A DNA stretch of 64,000 nt from assembly GCA_951406725.2 (NCBI GenBank), contig OX597818.1, positions 80,476,001 to 80,540,000 on the forward strand, in the 5' to 3' direction. Below, piece after piece: positions 39,982 to 54,324 of this stretch (position 1 is its first letter; each line of letters starts with the position of its first letter). A program made the translations under genes and the position numbers. The notes beneath the pieces were generated by a model. It was not told the DNA's origin and did not search any database. It saw only the letters and a program-made list of their open reading frames with translations. The stretch is from Octopus vulgaris. Its lineage: Eukaryota.

Positions 39982-40339
39982 AACTTTGCCAGTTGCGTAG
40001 TTTGTGGAATGACAAATGGAAGTCCGTCTTAGGCGATGCTTTTATAGGAGCTCACTTTGGGGCCTGTCTGCTGTCCAAGCTCGTATAGGTTTAGGGCTCG
40101 GTGGAAGAGGTGGGGTGGGAAGACAAACTCAAGGGCCACCCTGGGCGGCACACACCTTATCTGCGCTGCTGTATCTTGCAATGTTTCAGTGTTCAGGCTC
40201 GCGGATGGGATTTGAAATGAGAGCGTGAAAATCTGTGATGTAACACTGCGTGGCATTTAGCTCGATGCCCTGATGATTCCCCTTCATAAGGCCGATTACT
40301 CGTTTACCACGGCGTATAAGTCACCGAGATCACAACATT

Positions 40340-40497
40340 CCCTCCTCACCAACCCGCTGAACGGAAGTGGACTGGAGCAACATGAAATGAAGTGTTTTTT
40401 TGCTAAAGAACACAACGCACCACCCTGCTCAGGAACCGAAACCACAATCATGCGATCGTGAGTGCAACACCCAATCACTAAAACCACGCGTCCTCCA
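40340..40497 (-). mobile_element. tRNA-derived SINE family C, diverged
   Basis: Minus strand GTTGTGTTCTTTAGCAAAAAACACTTCATTTCATGTTGCTCCAGT matches 48300-48345. Confidence 0.65.
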
Positions 40498-40594
40498 CGA
40501 GAATATAAAAGGGACACAGCTAAAATACCTATTTAGTCCGAAATACCACTGTTTCTGACACCAGATCATCGCCATTTCATTATTACAATTATTA

Positions 40595-40650
<56 letters not shown>

Positions 40651-40865
40651 ACAACACTATGACTAAATTACAGTCCTGCCTTTAATATTATACAGCGCTG
40701 ACAACACAAATCGAAATGGATGATTGATTACGCTTGTTCATTAAACTTGCAACAATAGAAGGTTATCATTTATCGATTGGATCTCTCACCAGTTTACCAA
40801 GACAATTAACTCACATTCTCCACACTTGTGTCTCATTAACTTTTTCTTCTTCCTCCACAGCCAAT

Positions 40866-40908
<43 letters not shown>

Positions 40909-41388
40909 TCTCTCCTTCCCTGCCACTCATCTCTTGTTTCCTTCCTGTCCCATTTTTCTTTCTCGTTTTTTTTTTCTTCCTGTTTGTATTTTTTTTTCCT
41001 TTCTATAGGGTTTTTATTTTGTTCGTGCTATTCGTATGCATGGCATGTATGCGTGTATGAGCGCGTATGTGTGCGTGCGTGTGTACGCGCATGGGTGTGT
41101 GTTTTGTTTGAAATAAATTGTTATAGACTATTAATCACATTCGTCTATTAGTGTGGTTTCCATTTTAAGTGTGTCGACTAAAAGTAAAGTAAAGGAACGA
41201 AATGCTTCCAGATCACAGCATAGATATGCGTGTACGTGGGTGCGTGTGTGTGTGTTTGTGTGTTTGTGTGTGTGTGTGCGTGTGTGCGAATGTACGTGTG
41301 TGCTTGTGTGTGGGGGAGGAGTGTGTAAATATATTTGTACTCATATCAGCAGGCATAGCTCTGTCATGCTTAAGAAAACTGCCTCACT

Positions 41389-41420
<32 letters not shown>

Positions 41421-41911
41421 TATACACACACACGCACACGCACACACACACATACACACGCATGCGTACACATGACGAAATACAAAGAATGTTTGGAAAA
41501 TTAAGAAGTTATTTGTGATCTAACAAAAAAATAAAAAACGACATGAATTTACACTATTCATAAACCGTTTCCCGTAATATGATAACAAACGTTAAATGAA
41601 GAGTAGCCTGGACAGAAATATTTTTTAAACTTTGTAAGAGACATACACTGGATTCGTGACCAAAAATCTAAACCTCGATCTTCATGTTATTTCTCGTTGT
41701 TCGCGGAATTTGCACTTAGAATTTCGCTGCCATCTTAGGGTGATAAAGTGTTGAATCTTCAGAGGCTAGTTCCATTCTATTGTCAATGACCTAATTCGAC
41801 TTCAGCATATGTATGAATTCGAGATAGCGATAAGAAAACACGTTCTTTCCACTTAAACTTTCAGAGAGTTACCATCTCTCTTCCTTTCGGCCACTTACAG
41901 GCAAGTTTTAA

Positions 41912-42140
41912 ATTTCTTTACTACCCACAAGTGGCTAAACACAGAGGGGACAAATAAGGACAGACAAATGGATTAAGTCGATTACATCGACCCCAGTGCG
42001 TAACTGGTACTTAATTTATCGACCCCGAAAGGATGAAAGGCAAAGTCGACCTCGGCGGAATTTGAACTCAGAACGTAACGGCTGACGAAATACCGCTATG
42101 CATTTCGCCCGCCGTGCTAACGTTTCTGCCAGCTCGCCGC
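41912..42140 (-). mobile_element. SINE family A, long tail
   Basis: Near-consensus copy. Confidence 0.85.
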
Positions 42141-42398
42141 TCTACTTGCAGGCAAGTTTTACTTCAGCTATCATGGAAGTCAGAGACTCAATCTTCACAC
42201 ACACACTCACACACACTGTCAACTTACTTTGCACGAGTCTTGCATGCTTTACTTTTCTTCCTCCCGCCACTCAACAAAGTAACAGACCTCTACAAGCACT
42301 GACAAGAAATTCTCTATCAAAACTAAGAACCCGTAACAGTTGTAAAACATCGTAACGGTTCAATAAAATTTTTAACACGTCACACATCTCTCAACTTA

Positions 42399-43273
42399 CC
42401 GTAAATCCTCGAGTATAGTCCGTAGGGGATTTTTAGGGGAATGTACCTCTGGAAAACCTAAACCTTGTGTATAATACGCACCCCTTCTCTAACTTGAGTC
42501 AATGAGGTCTATATAACGTCCTTGGTTTGTAAAAATATATACGGTAACGTCCTTTATTATCATTTTATATATACCATAATGCAAACGTGTAGCTTTTTTG
42601 TGCATTTTGTTTGCAGAAAATAAAGAAATAACAGTAATAACGTTTAATAAATGTTGCTTATTGCAAGTTATGGATGACTAGCAGTATCGCCCGGCGTTGC
42701 TCAGGTTTGTAAGGGAAATAACTATAAAGCATTTTTAGAGAGTTATAGCCAAAAAATAAAAAAATGGAAAAAAATTATGGTAAATTTTTTTTTAGTTAAA
42801 AAAGGTGGAGTTGCGTCCCCTAGACAGTTTGCGGTTTGTGTTTCTGATTCTCGACCCCATGTCGAATTTATCGATTTTTTTCAGAACTGGGGGAACTTTT
42901 CAAAATTTTCGCTGCGTTAGTTTTGAATTATGACATTGGGCTATGTGTGTGTCAAGTTTCATCAGAATCGGTTGAAAGCCGTGGTCAGGGTGAGGGTACA
43001 AGCAAACAGACACACAGAAACACGCACAGACAAACTGCCGTTTATATATAGAGAGATTCTTTTATGACTTCATTGCTTTCAGGCTTAGTTTAAGGTATTT
43101 TCGCGTCCGACATCACAAAATGTGTCTGAATAAACATTGCCGGACAGCAAATAGAGACTCGGACATTGCTTAGAAAATATTTTTCATTTTTAACCTCGTA
43201 TATAGTACACACTAGGGATTTTGACCTTTAAATTTTTTGGGGGGAAATGCGGATTATACTGGAGGATTTACGG
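42399..43273. mobile_element. pogo/Tigger-type MITE hosting a Helitron
   Basis: TA|CCGTAAATCCTCGAGTATAGTCCG...CGGATTATACTGGAGGATTTACGG|TA. Confidence 0.8.
42678..43056 (-). mobile_element. Non-autonomous Helitron
   Basis: Minus strand 5' TCTCTCTATATATAAA, 3' CCTGAGCAACGCCGGGCGATACTGCTAG, inserted between A and T. Confidence 0.85.
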
Positions 43274-43744
43274 TAATTGTTTCTCTAATTACGCAACACG
43301 CAACGTCTTCCCTGACTTGCAACATTATACTGTTACATTTGGTGACCCTTCTTGTTACGTCTAACCGTTACAACTTCATTCTTTTGGTCAGTTTTTGAGT
43401 GATTCCAGAAACAAAATGTACCTAACTTTCCATACTGAAAAACACACCCAAGATTTTGCAAATTATCCGCTATGCGACATGCAATATCCCTGAGTTACTG
43501 TAATGGGCCGAATAGTGTCTTCTAGTGTTATATCTTTTATCGTTTACTTATTCCAGTCACTTGACTGCGGCCATCCTGGGGCACTGCCTTGAAGAGTTTA
43601 GTCCAGGGGTCGCCAAAGAGGGTCCAAGGGACCTCCTTGCAGTAGGTGAGCAATTACAGGGGTCGATGATTGCCAAGGGGTCGAATGGTGGTCAGCGTGT
43701 GAAAGACCAGCTCACCCAGATGAACTGCTTGAAATACTTAGTCA

Positions 43745-44225
43745 ATTTCTTTATTAACCATGAGTTTGAGAAAAAGAGGGGGAGATACGAGGACAGACAA
43801 AACAAACATTGGGGTCAGAGTATCGAATGAGACGAAACGTATGAATAAACAAACAATTAAAATATATACAATTAAATGAGAATGAGTGATTTACAAGAAA
43901 TGAAGCGGAGGACGCGGTCGACCCCACAAACCACATACTCACACTTTCTCCTTTTGATATTCTCGTTTAAACAGGTTATTTCACTCGCAACATACTTTAT
44001 AGACTTCCATCTTTTACGAAACACACTTTGCGACAAGCATTTCTTCTCCAGCCTTATTTTCCGTTTCATGTGGAAAACGAAGAAGTCGATTAGGCCGAGA
44101 CTGGAGATGAACATGCCTGTTGCAATTCCTGTCACTCTCGTTTTCCATACTACCTCTTTCGCAACAGCAACTACCGAGAAAAAACAGGCTCGCTCCTCCC
44201 TATTCAGGGAGGTCGGCGGAACTTA
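43745..44225 (-). mobile_element. Tx1-like LINE 3' fragment
   Basis: KEVVWKTR..LIDFFVFHMKRKIRLEKKCLS..RW is homologous to 9820-9975; ends GGTTAATAAAGAAAT. Confidence 0.75.
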
Positions 44226-44802
44226 GTCAGCGCCATGAAACGTGGGAAAACAAATTTTTACTGTTGCTAACGTTCGAGGCCTGACGTCGTAATTTGCATC
44301 GTTATCGAAGATTGAGAGGTGTGATTGAGGGGATGCGAACTGTCAAGTGTTTGCTTATGGAAATTGCCTGAACCTGGAGGGACGAGGTGATTTGAGACTG
44401 AAACTGACCAATATTCAGCCTGATATCAATGCCTTGATTCAGGATCACCATGCTCATTGATGTTGTTAATTTCAATAAAAGATTTTCCAGCAATATTATG
44501 CGTTTTCACATTTTCTCACCGTGAAAACAACTTCATAAAAATTAAAAGTTTAATACTGTATACTCGTACTACATATAGTTTTAAATGTAAAAAGTGAGTC
44601 ATCTTCAATAGAATTTCTTAATTTGTCGTACATGTATGCTTTAGCTTACATTTTGATTGCCAGCATCAGTACTCGGTACGCATTTAAGACATGGTACTGT
44701 ACGGTAAAGTATGACGGTATTTTAAATGAGGAGGGTGGTCGATACAGAAGAAGTGGCTCAGTTGGGTCGATGCGGAAGAAGTGGCTAAAGGGGGTCGATG
44801 TA

Positions 44803-45015
44803 TACTCTTTACTCTTTTACTTGTTTCAGTCATGTGACTATGGCCATGCTGGAGCACCGCCTTTAGTCGAGCAAATCGACCCTAGAACTTATTCTTTGTA
44901 AGCCTAGTACTTATTCTATCGGTCTCTTTTGCCGAAACGCTAACTTACAGGGACGTAAACACACCAGCATCGGTTGTCAAGCAATGTTGGGGGACAAATA
45001 CAGACACAAACATAT

Positions 45016-45046
<31 letters not shown>

Positions 45047-45218
45047 CATATACCCGACGGGCTTCTTTCAGTTTCCGTCTACCAAATCCACTCACAAGGC
45101 TTTGGTCAGCCCGAGGATATACTAGAAGACACTTGCCCAAAGTGTCATGCAGTGGGCCTGAACCCAGAACCATGTGGTTTGTAAGCAAGCTACTTAGCAC
45201 ACAGCCACTCCTACGCCT
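44803..45218 (-). mobile_element. SINE family B, full length
   Basis: Reverse complement of 16991-17393. Confidence 0.85.
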
Positions 45219-46081
45219 GATCGAAAAAGCTTGGCGACTCCTGGTTTAGTCGATCAAATCAAACCCCGGGACTTTTGCTTTCAGAAATTGAAATGTGTTA
45301 CAAACATATTTTAACTAACCTAAATATCGCAGTTTGGCACTGATACTGTTGAATTTCTCTCGACCGGGTGGTCCAACGGCGCATCTCATTCAATGTCGTT
45401 GACTGATTATTATTTTTTAGTTAAAGCTACGGTTTTAAATCTGCTCAGATTCATATCTCTTCTGTATTTCCCATTGAGAAAGGCTAAAAAACAAGAAATG
45501 CTGCGTCTGGAAATCCGATAGAGGGCAGCACTGGGTAGATATGTTTTTTTTTAAAAATCTTTTATATCTTTTTTCATCTCCACGCGACAATGTAAACAAC
45601 TCGTAGGTAGTGGGACCTGAAGAATAGCTAATCTGGTCCTCTGTATGTTATAACTAATATAACAAGGATCGCTTTGCTACGAAACGTTCGTAGTCCACAT
45701 TTTACCAGCCCCATTCCTTACTATCTTGAATGTTTATTTGCCCTTTTAGTATCTTTAGTTGCAAAACCGTGAGCTGTATGGTGACCGTCAGAAAACTGAA
45801 AATTCTTTTATTTTCAATATACGACGACGTGTGTAATTTACGGTGTTAATAAACTCGTTTTATTGTATATTGTTCACCTTCTGTCATCTGCACTTGCAGC
45901 ATAAACGCTCGTTAGATCGTACTTACGTATTACTATACACATACATATACATACATACATACATACATACATACATACATACATACATACATACATACAT
46001 ACATACATACATACACACACGCATACATACATACATACATACATACATACATACATACATACATACATACATACATACATA

Positions 46082-47380
46082 CAGGGTTTGGACAAAATAA
46101 TGGAAACACCTTAAAATTTCAAATATATTTTAATATGGGGTAGGACCGCATTTGGCAGTAATTACAGCTTGAATTCTACAACATATAAACTAGTACAAAG
46201 TTTGAATTGTTTCCAAAGGAATTTTTCTCCGTTTTTCATCTAAAACAGTCTCCAGTTCTTGTAGTGACGATAGTGGAAGATATCGACTCCTTAGTTGTTT
46301 TTCTAAAATGCATCATAAATATTCAATAATATTAAAATCTGGGGACTGTGGTGACCAGATGTTCAACTTCGCTATAATGATCCTCGTGCCATTCAGTAAC
46401 AACCTAAGCTGTGTGAATTGACGCATTATCATCCTGAAAGATTGCGTTTCCCTCCGGAAACAGTCCCGCTACCATAGGATGAATTTGATCAGATAAAATG
46501 CTCAAATAGTCTTGACTATTAATTCTACGATGAAAGGAAACAATTGAGCCGGCTGATTTCCAAGATATAGCCCCCACCACCACCGAATAATCACAGATCC
46601 TCCTCCATATTTAACAGTTAGAAGAAGGCAGTCTGGGTCAAATGCTTCTTTTGGCAGTGTGGGTCAAATGCTTTTGGCAGTCTCCACACGTACACTCGGC
46701 CGGTGGTCGGAAATAAGGTAAAAAAAAATGACTCGTCCGAGAAAATAACATTCTTCCACTGCTCTAGGGACCAAAACTGTAAGTTTTTACTCCATTCTAA
46801 ACGCTTTGTAACGTTTGTTTTTGAAAACAGCGGTTTTCAGATTGCAGCCCTCCAGTGAAATCCAGCTTTGTGCAGCTCCCGGCGAGCAGTTTTTGTGGAA
46901 ACTGGGTTCTCGAGGTAAGTCATTATGCTCTGCAGTAATTTTGGGAGCTGTACTTTAGTGATCCTTTCTAACAATTAGCGTAAGAGTCCGATGGTCCCTA
47001 TCTGAAAGTTTTGATTTTCTTCCGGAGTTTTGTTTCGACGAGGAGGTTTTTCCTTCTTTCTCAAAGGCTGTCATTACTTTCGAGACAGTACTTCTTGATA
47101 TACTAAACATTTCGGGTGTTTTCGTTACGCTAGCGCCTGCCATACGAGCACCAACAATTTGACCTCCCTGAAAGTCCGATAGATCTGTCATTTTAATGAA
47201 TTTTAATTACTTTTTTCTGATGATATCTGAAAAGTAACAACAATTTTAGCAAAACATATTTAGCAACACTAACAATAAATCAAAAAACATAAAAATAAAC
47301 AAGCCTTTGATGGTTTTATAGATATTTCAAAATCATGATGCTATGATGCTAGATGTTCCCATTATTTTCTCCAACTCCTA
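46082..47380 (-). mobile_element. Tc1-like transposon, second copy of the 20861 family
   Basis: TIRs TA|CAGGGTTTGGACAAAATAATGG...CCATTATTTTCTCCAACTCCTA|TA; MTDLSDFQGGQIVGARMAG; colinear with 20861-22080. Confidence 0.9.
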
Positions 47381-47450
47381 TACATATATATATATGCACG
47401 CGCGCGCGCACACATACATACATACATACATACATACATACATACATACA

Positions 47451-47481
<31 letters not shown>

Positions 47482-48223
47482 GTATATTGTATTTATACAT
47501 GGCAGACTTCCACATAATTTCGTCAACGAAGTTCACACACACGGCATTGGTCGACCCAGAGCTATAGTAGGAGACGCTCGTCCAAGTTGACTTGCATTGA
47601 GACTGAACTCAAGTCAACGGGTTTGCAAAACGAGCTTCTTAACGACAGAGCCATATTTTTTAATACAACTTATTATAACACCCATAGCAATGGCAGAAAG
47701 AAGTTAGTTGCAGTACTTTTTGGATATCTTTTATCACAACAAAACGTTTCTATTTGCGGATACAACTGAATTTATTTCAAAATCGGTAGAACATGCAACA
47801 TATTTATTGAGAAATGTTACCCAGTTGAAATTTTGAAACATGATTGTGCCTAATTTGCATATTTGAGATTTGAATAGATAATTAGCTAATTTGCATTTTA
47901 ATTAGATATTGAGCTCGTTTTTTATAAACGTGTCAGCTTAATGCAAACATTAATTAGCATAATACCAAATCTGTGCTACTTATAGAACGTGAGATATTTT
48001 ATTTGCGCATCTTAATTAGTTTGTAAGATATTAAATATGGTTGCACTAAGATAAAAATAACAATGAATTACATTCTACATATCTTACTCTCGGGTCCCAA
48101 ATAACAGTGGGTGGTGGAATAAGCAGGTGGGTTGGACATTTGCTTAAATTCTTATAAACAGATGGTTTGGAATAAACGGGGGCTGGGGTGGAAAATCGGT
48201 AATTGTATAGTGCTAACAGTGAA

Positions 48224-48561
48224 GGCGCATGGCTCAGTGGTTAGAGCGTCGAACTTACGATCGTAAGGTTGTGAGTTCGATTCCTGGACCGGGCTGCGTG
48301 TTGTGTTCTTGAGCAAGACACTTTATTTCACGTTGCTCCAGTTGACTCAGCAGTAGAAATGAGTTGCGATATCACTGGTGCCAAGCTGTATGGCCTTTGC
48401 CTTTCTCTTGGATAACATCAGTGGTGTGGAGAGGGGAGGCTGGTATGCAGGGGTGACTGCTGGTCTTCCATAAACAACCTTGCCCGGACTTGTGCCTCGG
48501 AGGGTAACTTTCTAGGTGCAATACCATAGTCATTCATGACCGAAGGGGGTCAACTCCTCAA
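48224..48561 (+). mobile_element. tRNA-derived SINE family C with target-site duplication
   Basis: GGCGCATGGCTCAGTGGTTAGAGCG (A box), GAGTTCGATTCC (B box); flanked by ATAGTG(C/G)TAACAGT at 48207 and 48562. Confidence 0.8.
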
Positions 48562-49120
48562 ATAGTGGTAACAGTATAAAATTTTAAAATGTTCTAGGTT
48601 GTCTTGTTTGATTATTTATTTTTTTAAACCAGTTATTTACTCTCGGGTCTCAAATAATAGTGGGAGGGTTCCGGAATAAGCGGGTGGGTTGTACAGTTTG
48701 TTTAAATTCATATATGCGGGTGGATTGAAATAAACGTGGGTGGGTGGGTGGGAATCAGTGACTGAATAGTGTATGTACAAAAATTAGGAAAAAAGCATCT
48801 TAAAGCACATATAACGATACAACGTGGCAAAAGAATTCAACAAGAGGCAAGTGAAATTAGCACATACGTGTGCTTCAAACGTTCACTTTAGTTAAGATAT
48901 ACATTTGGATGATAAAAATAAGGCATTTGTTAATTATGATAGCTATGGGATTTTTTTTTAAATACTGTGGATTAAACAGATATTAATACAAGCGACACGT
49001 CTTAAAAGAAAGACAAGTAAAATAAAATGAAAAGAATATAATTACCGTTTCGTGAACTTGTATTTATTATACTATACATAAGAAAACATAGCAGTCCGTA
49101 AATAGGTATAAATGATTGAA

Positions 49121-50600
49121 TCATGATTCCTCGTCATTGTCCTTCTGCAAGTTTCTCGGTTTCGATATTCGCTTTTTTACGGATCGCCGAGCTTCACTGA
49201 CAGTTGACATGAATTTGCTTTGATGTGGCAAGAAATGTGTTGCGGTGTTGTTCTCATCCAACACCCGCATTTTTTCAAGGAACAGGGCATCTTTATGAAC
49301 CTGATCAACACTGCTGATTCCTAAAATAGAGATAGAGCTTCCCGTCATCATGTTTGGCCGACCGTGCTTTGGCTCCTGCGAAACCTCCATGGGGATTTCT
49401 CCAGACGGGTCAATCACCTCCAAAAAATTCCCAGATGTCTCGCTTTCATCTTCCGACTCACTTTCGACAACTTTTTCCTCAATGCCATCAAATTGTTCTG
49501 AGCCTTCAATAATGTTTGCACGCTTGACCAATTTCGGTGGAATTAATGACTCTCTGAATAGTATTTGGGTAGGGTTTTACATCATCTCTAGACGAAGCTA
49601 TCGCATCGACGGACCGACGAGGTGCATGGTTCGGTCTGGCACCTTGAAATCTTCAGAACCATCGAAAGCGTTTGTGGCCCACGTCGACTTGAAAGCAGCT
49701 TCAACATCAATCTTGCAACTTGCATGTGCTTGATGCAACATCTGCATCATCTCCGATCGACTGGGCGTGGGTATTTTATTCTGAGTTTGAGCTAACTTTT
49801 CAAGCATTTTCGCTTTCTCTGTTTCGCGATATTTTGCTTTCAGTTGTTTGTGCAAGTGCGAGTCGTTAATTTAAACAAATCCGGTGATACCACCGCCGAT
49901 GATGACTAACACATAACCCCTTTTTCAGAGGGTGTCTCTCACCTCCAACATCAAATGCGCCATGTAGCCACCGAGCACATAAATTGCAACGTTTGCCAGT
50001 GAAAACATATTGAATCGGTCTGGAAGGCTTTCAATAGAACAGAGTAGATGTTCTAATCTATAAGAACCTTTAGGAAACCATTGATATTTCATTATAGGCG
50101 TGGCATTCAGTAGTGGTAGTCTTTCCCCAGTTCCTTTAAATACAAACTCTGAGATAAGATTGATTTTGTTATCATTACTAACCTGGATGACCACTGTGAT
50201 ACGTTTCTTAGACAGATGGTGGTTTTCTTTGACAAACGTATCTTGATTTCTGACATAAAATGCAAGGACATTTGATCTCCATTGGTAATTAGGAGGATCT
50301 ACGCTAAATCTGTCAAGAAAATAACGACGCACACTCCATATATTCTTCAATTAATCCTGAATGAGCTCAACACATTGCTCTTTGGAGATTGAACTGCGTT
50401 TGTTTGGAAATTTCACGGATACCTCATACTCATTTTGCCAACTTTCATCCAGTTTTTTTTTTAAAAACAAAGCTTTTCCTTAGTTGGTGTGTCTGGGTGT
50501 TGGCAAATCTACTTCTCATAAAATTTCTCGGCCTGTAATAGGAAAAGAGCTTGTGGTAGTCTCGCATGCAGCGTTGTTCTAACATCTAACATTTCCTTGT
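49121..50600 (-). pseudogene. pogo-like DDE_1 transposase pseudogene
   Basis: KKRITVV..FVFKG..QWFPKGSY..VLGGYMAHL and IIGGGITGFV*INDSHLHKQLK, with frameshifts and stops. Confidence 0.7.
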
Positions 50601-51939
50601 TCTCTATGTGTCCCTGAAGCAGATGTGTTTTGTCTCGAAATGATTGATCTTCTTAAGGTTGAAAGGTTATCAATGCCCTAAAATGTTGAAAGCTCACCCG
50701 CATGAACGTTGGCTACATATACTGTGGATAAATATTGTTCTTCCATTCGTTATGAAAACAAATGGAACACTCCAGGTTTTCTTCCCATTCCTGTCATCTT
50801 GTTTTTCTTTTTTTTTCTTGGTCATGCTGACAAACGAATTCCCTAGAGTTTGTTGTTTTGTACTGGTAACGAGAGTCAGTTTAATCGACTTATACTTCCC
50901 TTTAAATTGCTGACCTTGTGCCTAAGAATCGGACAACACGCCTTGCAGCATAGAGTTATGGCCCATTACGTTCTGAGTTCAATCCCGCTGAGGTTAGCTT
51001 TACCTTTCATACCTACGGGTCGATAAAATAAAGCACTTTAATCCACTAGTCCCTCCCCACTAATTGTTGGCCTTGTGCCTAAATGAGAAATCCTTATTTA
51101 AAATTTTCTAGGCTATCACCCTTGATTATTTTCAAAACCAGAATTAGTTATTTAGTTTATATATCCTAATTATTTTGTAACATATGGTATATATGTTTTT
51201 AACGTAAAATAAAATTATTAGAGTCTCCAGCTGTTGTATCAATATGAACAGCTTACAATAAAATTTCACAGGAGACAGATGAGCAAAATTTGATAGGGTG
51301 GGAATAAAAGTGGGTGAGAGGGAAGGCTTAACAATTAATAAGCAGGGGTGGAATAAAAGCGAGGTGTGGAAAAAATCTGAAAAATTAATAAGCAGGGTGG
51401 GGGACGATTATTCACGATCCCAGAGTACTTAACGTGCAATACATTGGAGAAAGCCATAAAAGAACTACAGCCTTTATCTCAAGATAGCATATCGTATAGA
51501 CGTATAGGGCTATAAAGGTTATCAGTAGTAGGCGGAAAGTGTCCTGCAGCGGCGGGAAAATTGCTAAATCGCGATTTTCTTCTTCCATGAGCGTCATCAG
51601 TAGCGAGAACCCACTATCAACCCCATGTTCAGACAAACTTAGCTTCTATTGATAAAGAAAAACACTCACTGACAAATCACTGGTGTCGCATATAACCAGC
51701 AGACTGGGTAGTTACAGTATGGAAGACACACTTAATCGATTATTATTTGGTGTTGAAATTTGGGATAGTCTGTCTGTAGCCTGGTCAGTGACGTAGTTCC
51801 ACTACAACTGGTCTGAGACAAGGCTGTTGGCCAGTGAATAGAGGCTTCAGGATTTTAAATAAATTTTCCCCTCCTCTATATACGAGTAGGTCAGTCGTTT
51901 TAGTTATCATCATCTGCTTATAGTAGGTCAGTGAATTTG

Positions 51940-52082
51940 GCATTTGGTTGAAATTCAGGCCCTGGTTTGGGTTTCTGTCCCACCGCTTGGTACCTTGAGC
52001 AAATATCTTCTACTATATATCCCAGGGCCGATCAATGCCTTGTGAGTGAATTTGTTAGGCAAAAGCTGCGTGGAAGCCTGTC

Positions 52083-52147
<65 letters not shown>

Positions 52148-52410
52148 CATACATACATACATACATACATACATACATACATACATACATACATACACAC
52201 ACACACGTATATTGGTATGTTTGACTTTATGTTTGTGGTCTTCGTCTACATCCCCAAGACATAGCAGTTTAGCCAAAGATACCGACAGGATAAGTGCCAG
52301 ACTTTTAAAAAAAAATCAATAAATACTGAGGTTGATTTGTGCAGCTAAACACTTCATGGTGGTGCCCCAGCATGGTCACTGTCCAACGGCTGAAACAAGT
52401 AAAAGATGAA
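51940..52410 (+). mobile_element. SINE family B, diverged, with expanded microsatellite
   Basis: CCTTGAGCAAATATCTTCTACTATA...GGTGCCCCAGCATGG..GAAACAAGTAAAAGA. Confidence 0.7.
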
Positions 52411-53162
52411 CAATAAAATGAATAAATCAATCGAAGAATAATAGTAAGCGGTATCAACTGTCCTGAGACACGAATTTGTTTATATCTCTTTTATTTCTCT
52501 CCGAGCAAAGTAAGAATTTATCGTGATCCATCTTGCAACTAGGTTTATTATGAACAATGGTAGTATCAGTATCTGACCGCTGCACAGTCAAGGATACAGA
52601 TACTACGTATGTAACGATTAGCGTCCGGGCTTCTAAGCCAGGATTCGAAACCGAATCTACATTTTCTTACAAGTTCTCTTTCAATTTGTTGTCGTCTTTT
52701 ACACTAGGAAATTTATGAGGTCAACCATCACAATTAGGTTCTATTGTTTAAATTAGCATTCTTGTGTTAAATAAGTGTTCAGGCAGATCAGAGACAGAAA
52801 ATACCTTGTCTAGCCTGACCTAATTTAGTTTGAGAAAATATAAACATGCAACCTCAAATCAGTTCTCTCTCTGGTCACTCTGCCCCTGGTCAAAGAGCAT
52901 GTTGCTCACTTCAAGTATGGCTTGTCAACATGCTACACACAACCCTCACTACTCGTCTAGACTCTCTTACTCTTTCTCCCTCTAGCAGTCACTTACATAC
53001 GAAGTTTACTGTCTACGAGATGGACTATAGAGCTAAAAATAATTTGTTTACCTCAACAACTCGAAGTAGCTGTTACTTAGATTGTTACGATGGTGATAAT
53101 GAGGCATTTCAAACAATTAACATGAATATTTTTCTTCTCTCGTTTATTTGCAACATATTTCC

Positions 53163-53223
<61 letters not shown>

Positions 53224-53229
53224 TTATAT

Positions 53230-53388
53230 AGGAGCAGACGTGGCTGATTGGTTAAGAGTTTATTCCCAACCACATGTCTCCCAGTTCAATCCCACTGTGT
53301 GACGCAAGTGTCTTCTACTACAGCCTCAGGCGGACCAAAACCTTGTTGAGTGGGTTTTTTGTTTGACTCTGAAACTAAAACAAACCTG

Positions 53389-53429
<41 letters not shown>

Positions 53430-53682
53430 TGTGTGTGGTGTGTGTGTGTGTGTGTGCGTGTGCGCGTGCGTGCAAATCTTTGTCTGCGTTTGTTCCCCGT
53501 CACCACCTGACGACCGGTGTTGGTTTGTTAACGTTCCAGTAACTAAGCAGTTCGGCAAAAGAGTCAGATCGAATAAGTAGTAAGCCTTAAAAAATATATA
53601 GGTGCTGGAATCGAGTCCTTCGACTAAAATTCTTTAGGGCGATGCCCCAGCATGGCCGCAGTCTAATGACTGAAACAAATAA
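53230..53682 (+). mobile_element. SINE family B, diverged
   Basis: Same modules as 16991-17393. Confidence 0.7.
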
Positions 53683-53996
53683 GGCATGTATTTACATACA
53701 TACTCAAACTTACATATATATGAATTCATATATACACGCAGGGATTAAGTCTTTATTACGTAATTATATATCTCCGCCTCCTAATTACTTTCGGTTCATA
53801 CACACACGCACACTCACAGACATAGACGCATACATATACATACACACATACATTTATCCGTTTACTTACACGTAGATATACATGCATATACATACATACA
53901 CACATCTACATGCACGCACGCACACATACACACACGCACGCACACACACACAAACATACATACATACATGCATACATATATATATATATACATACA

Positions 53997-54042
<46 letters not shown>

Positions 54043-54083
54043 CATACATACATACATATGTGTGTGTGTATATATATATATAT

Positions 54084-54165
<82 letters not shown>

Positions 54166-54263
54166 CCTTTGGCATATGCAAGCTAGCAAACCACCCATTA
54201 TAAACAAACTGCAAACAGATGCACCTCAAGCTACTAACTGTTATCATCATCATCATCATCAAT

Positions 54264-54324
<61 letters not shown>

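Larger units (their letters stand above)
48087..51425 (-). mobile_element. pogo-superfamily DNA transposon with nested SINEs
   Basis: Ends TA|CTCTCGGGTCCCAAATAA...TTATTCACGATCCCAGAG|TA; subterminal GGAATAA(G/A)C repeats; transposase remnants inside. Confidence 0.7.

Noticed and set aside
48224-48295. tRNA gene
   Set aside because: A and B boxes are present but the acceptor stem is poor; it continues into a SINE body with a TSD and has a relative at 40340-40497
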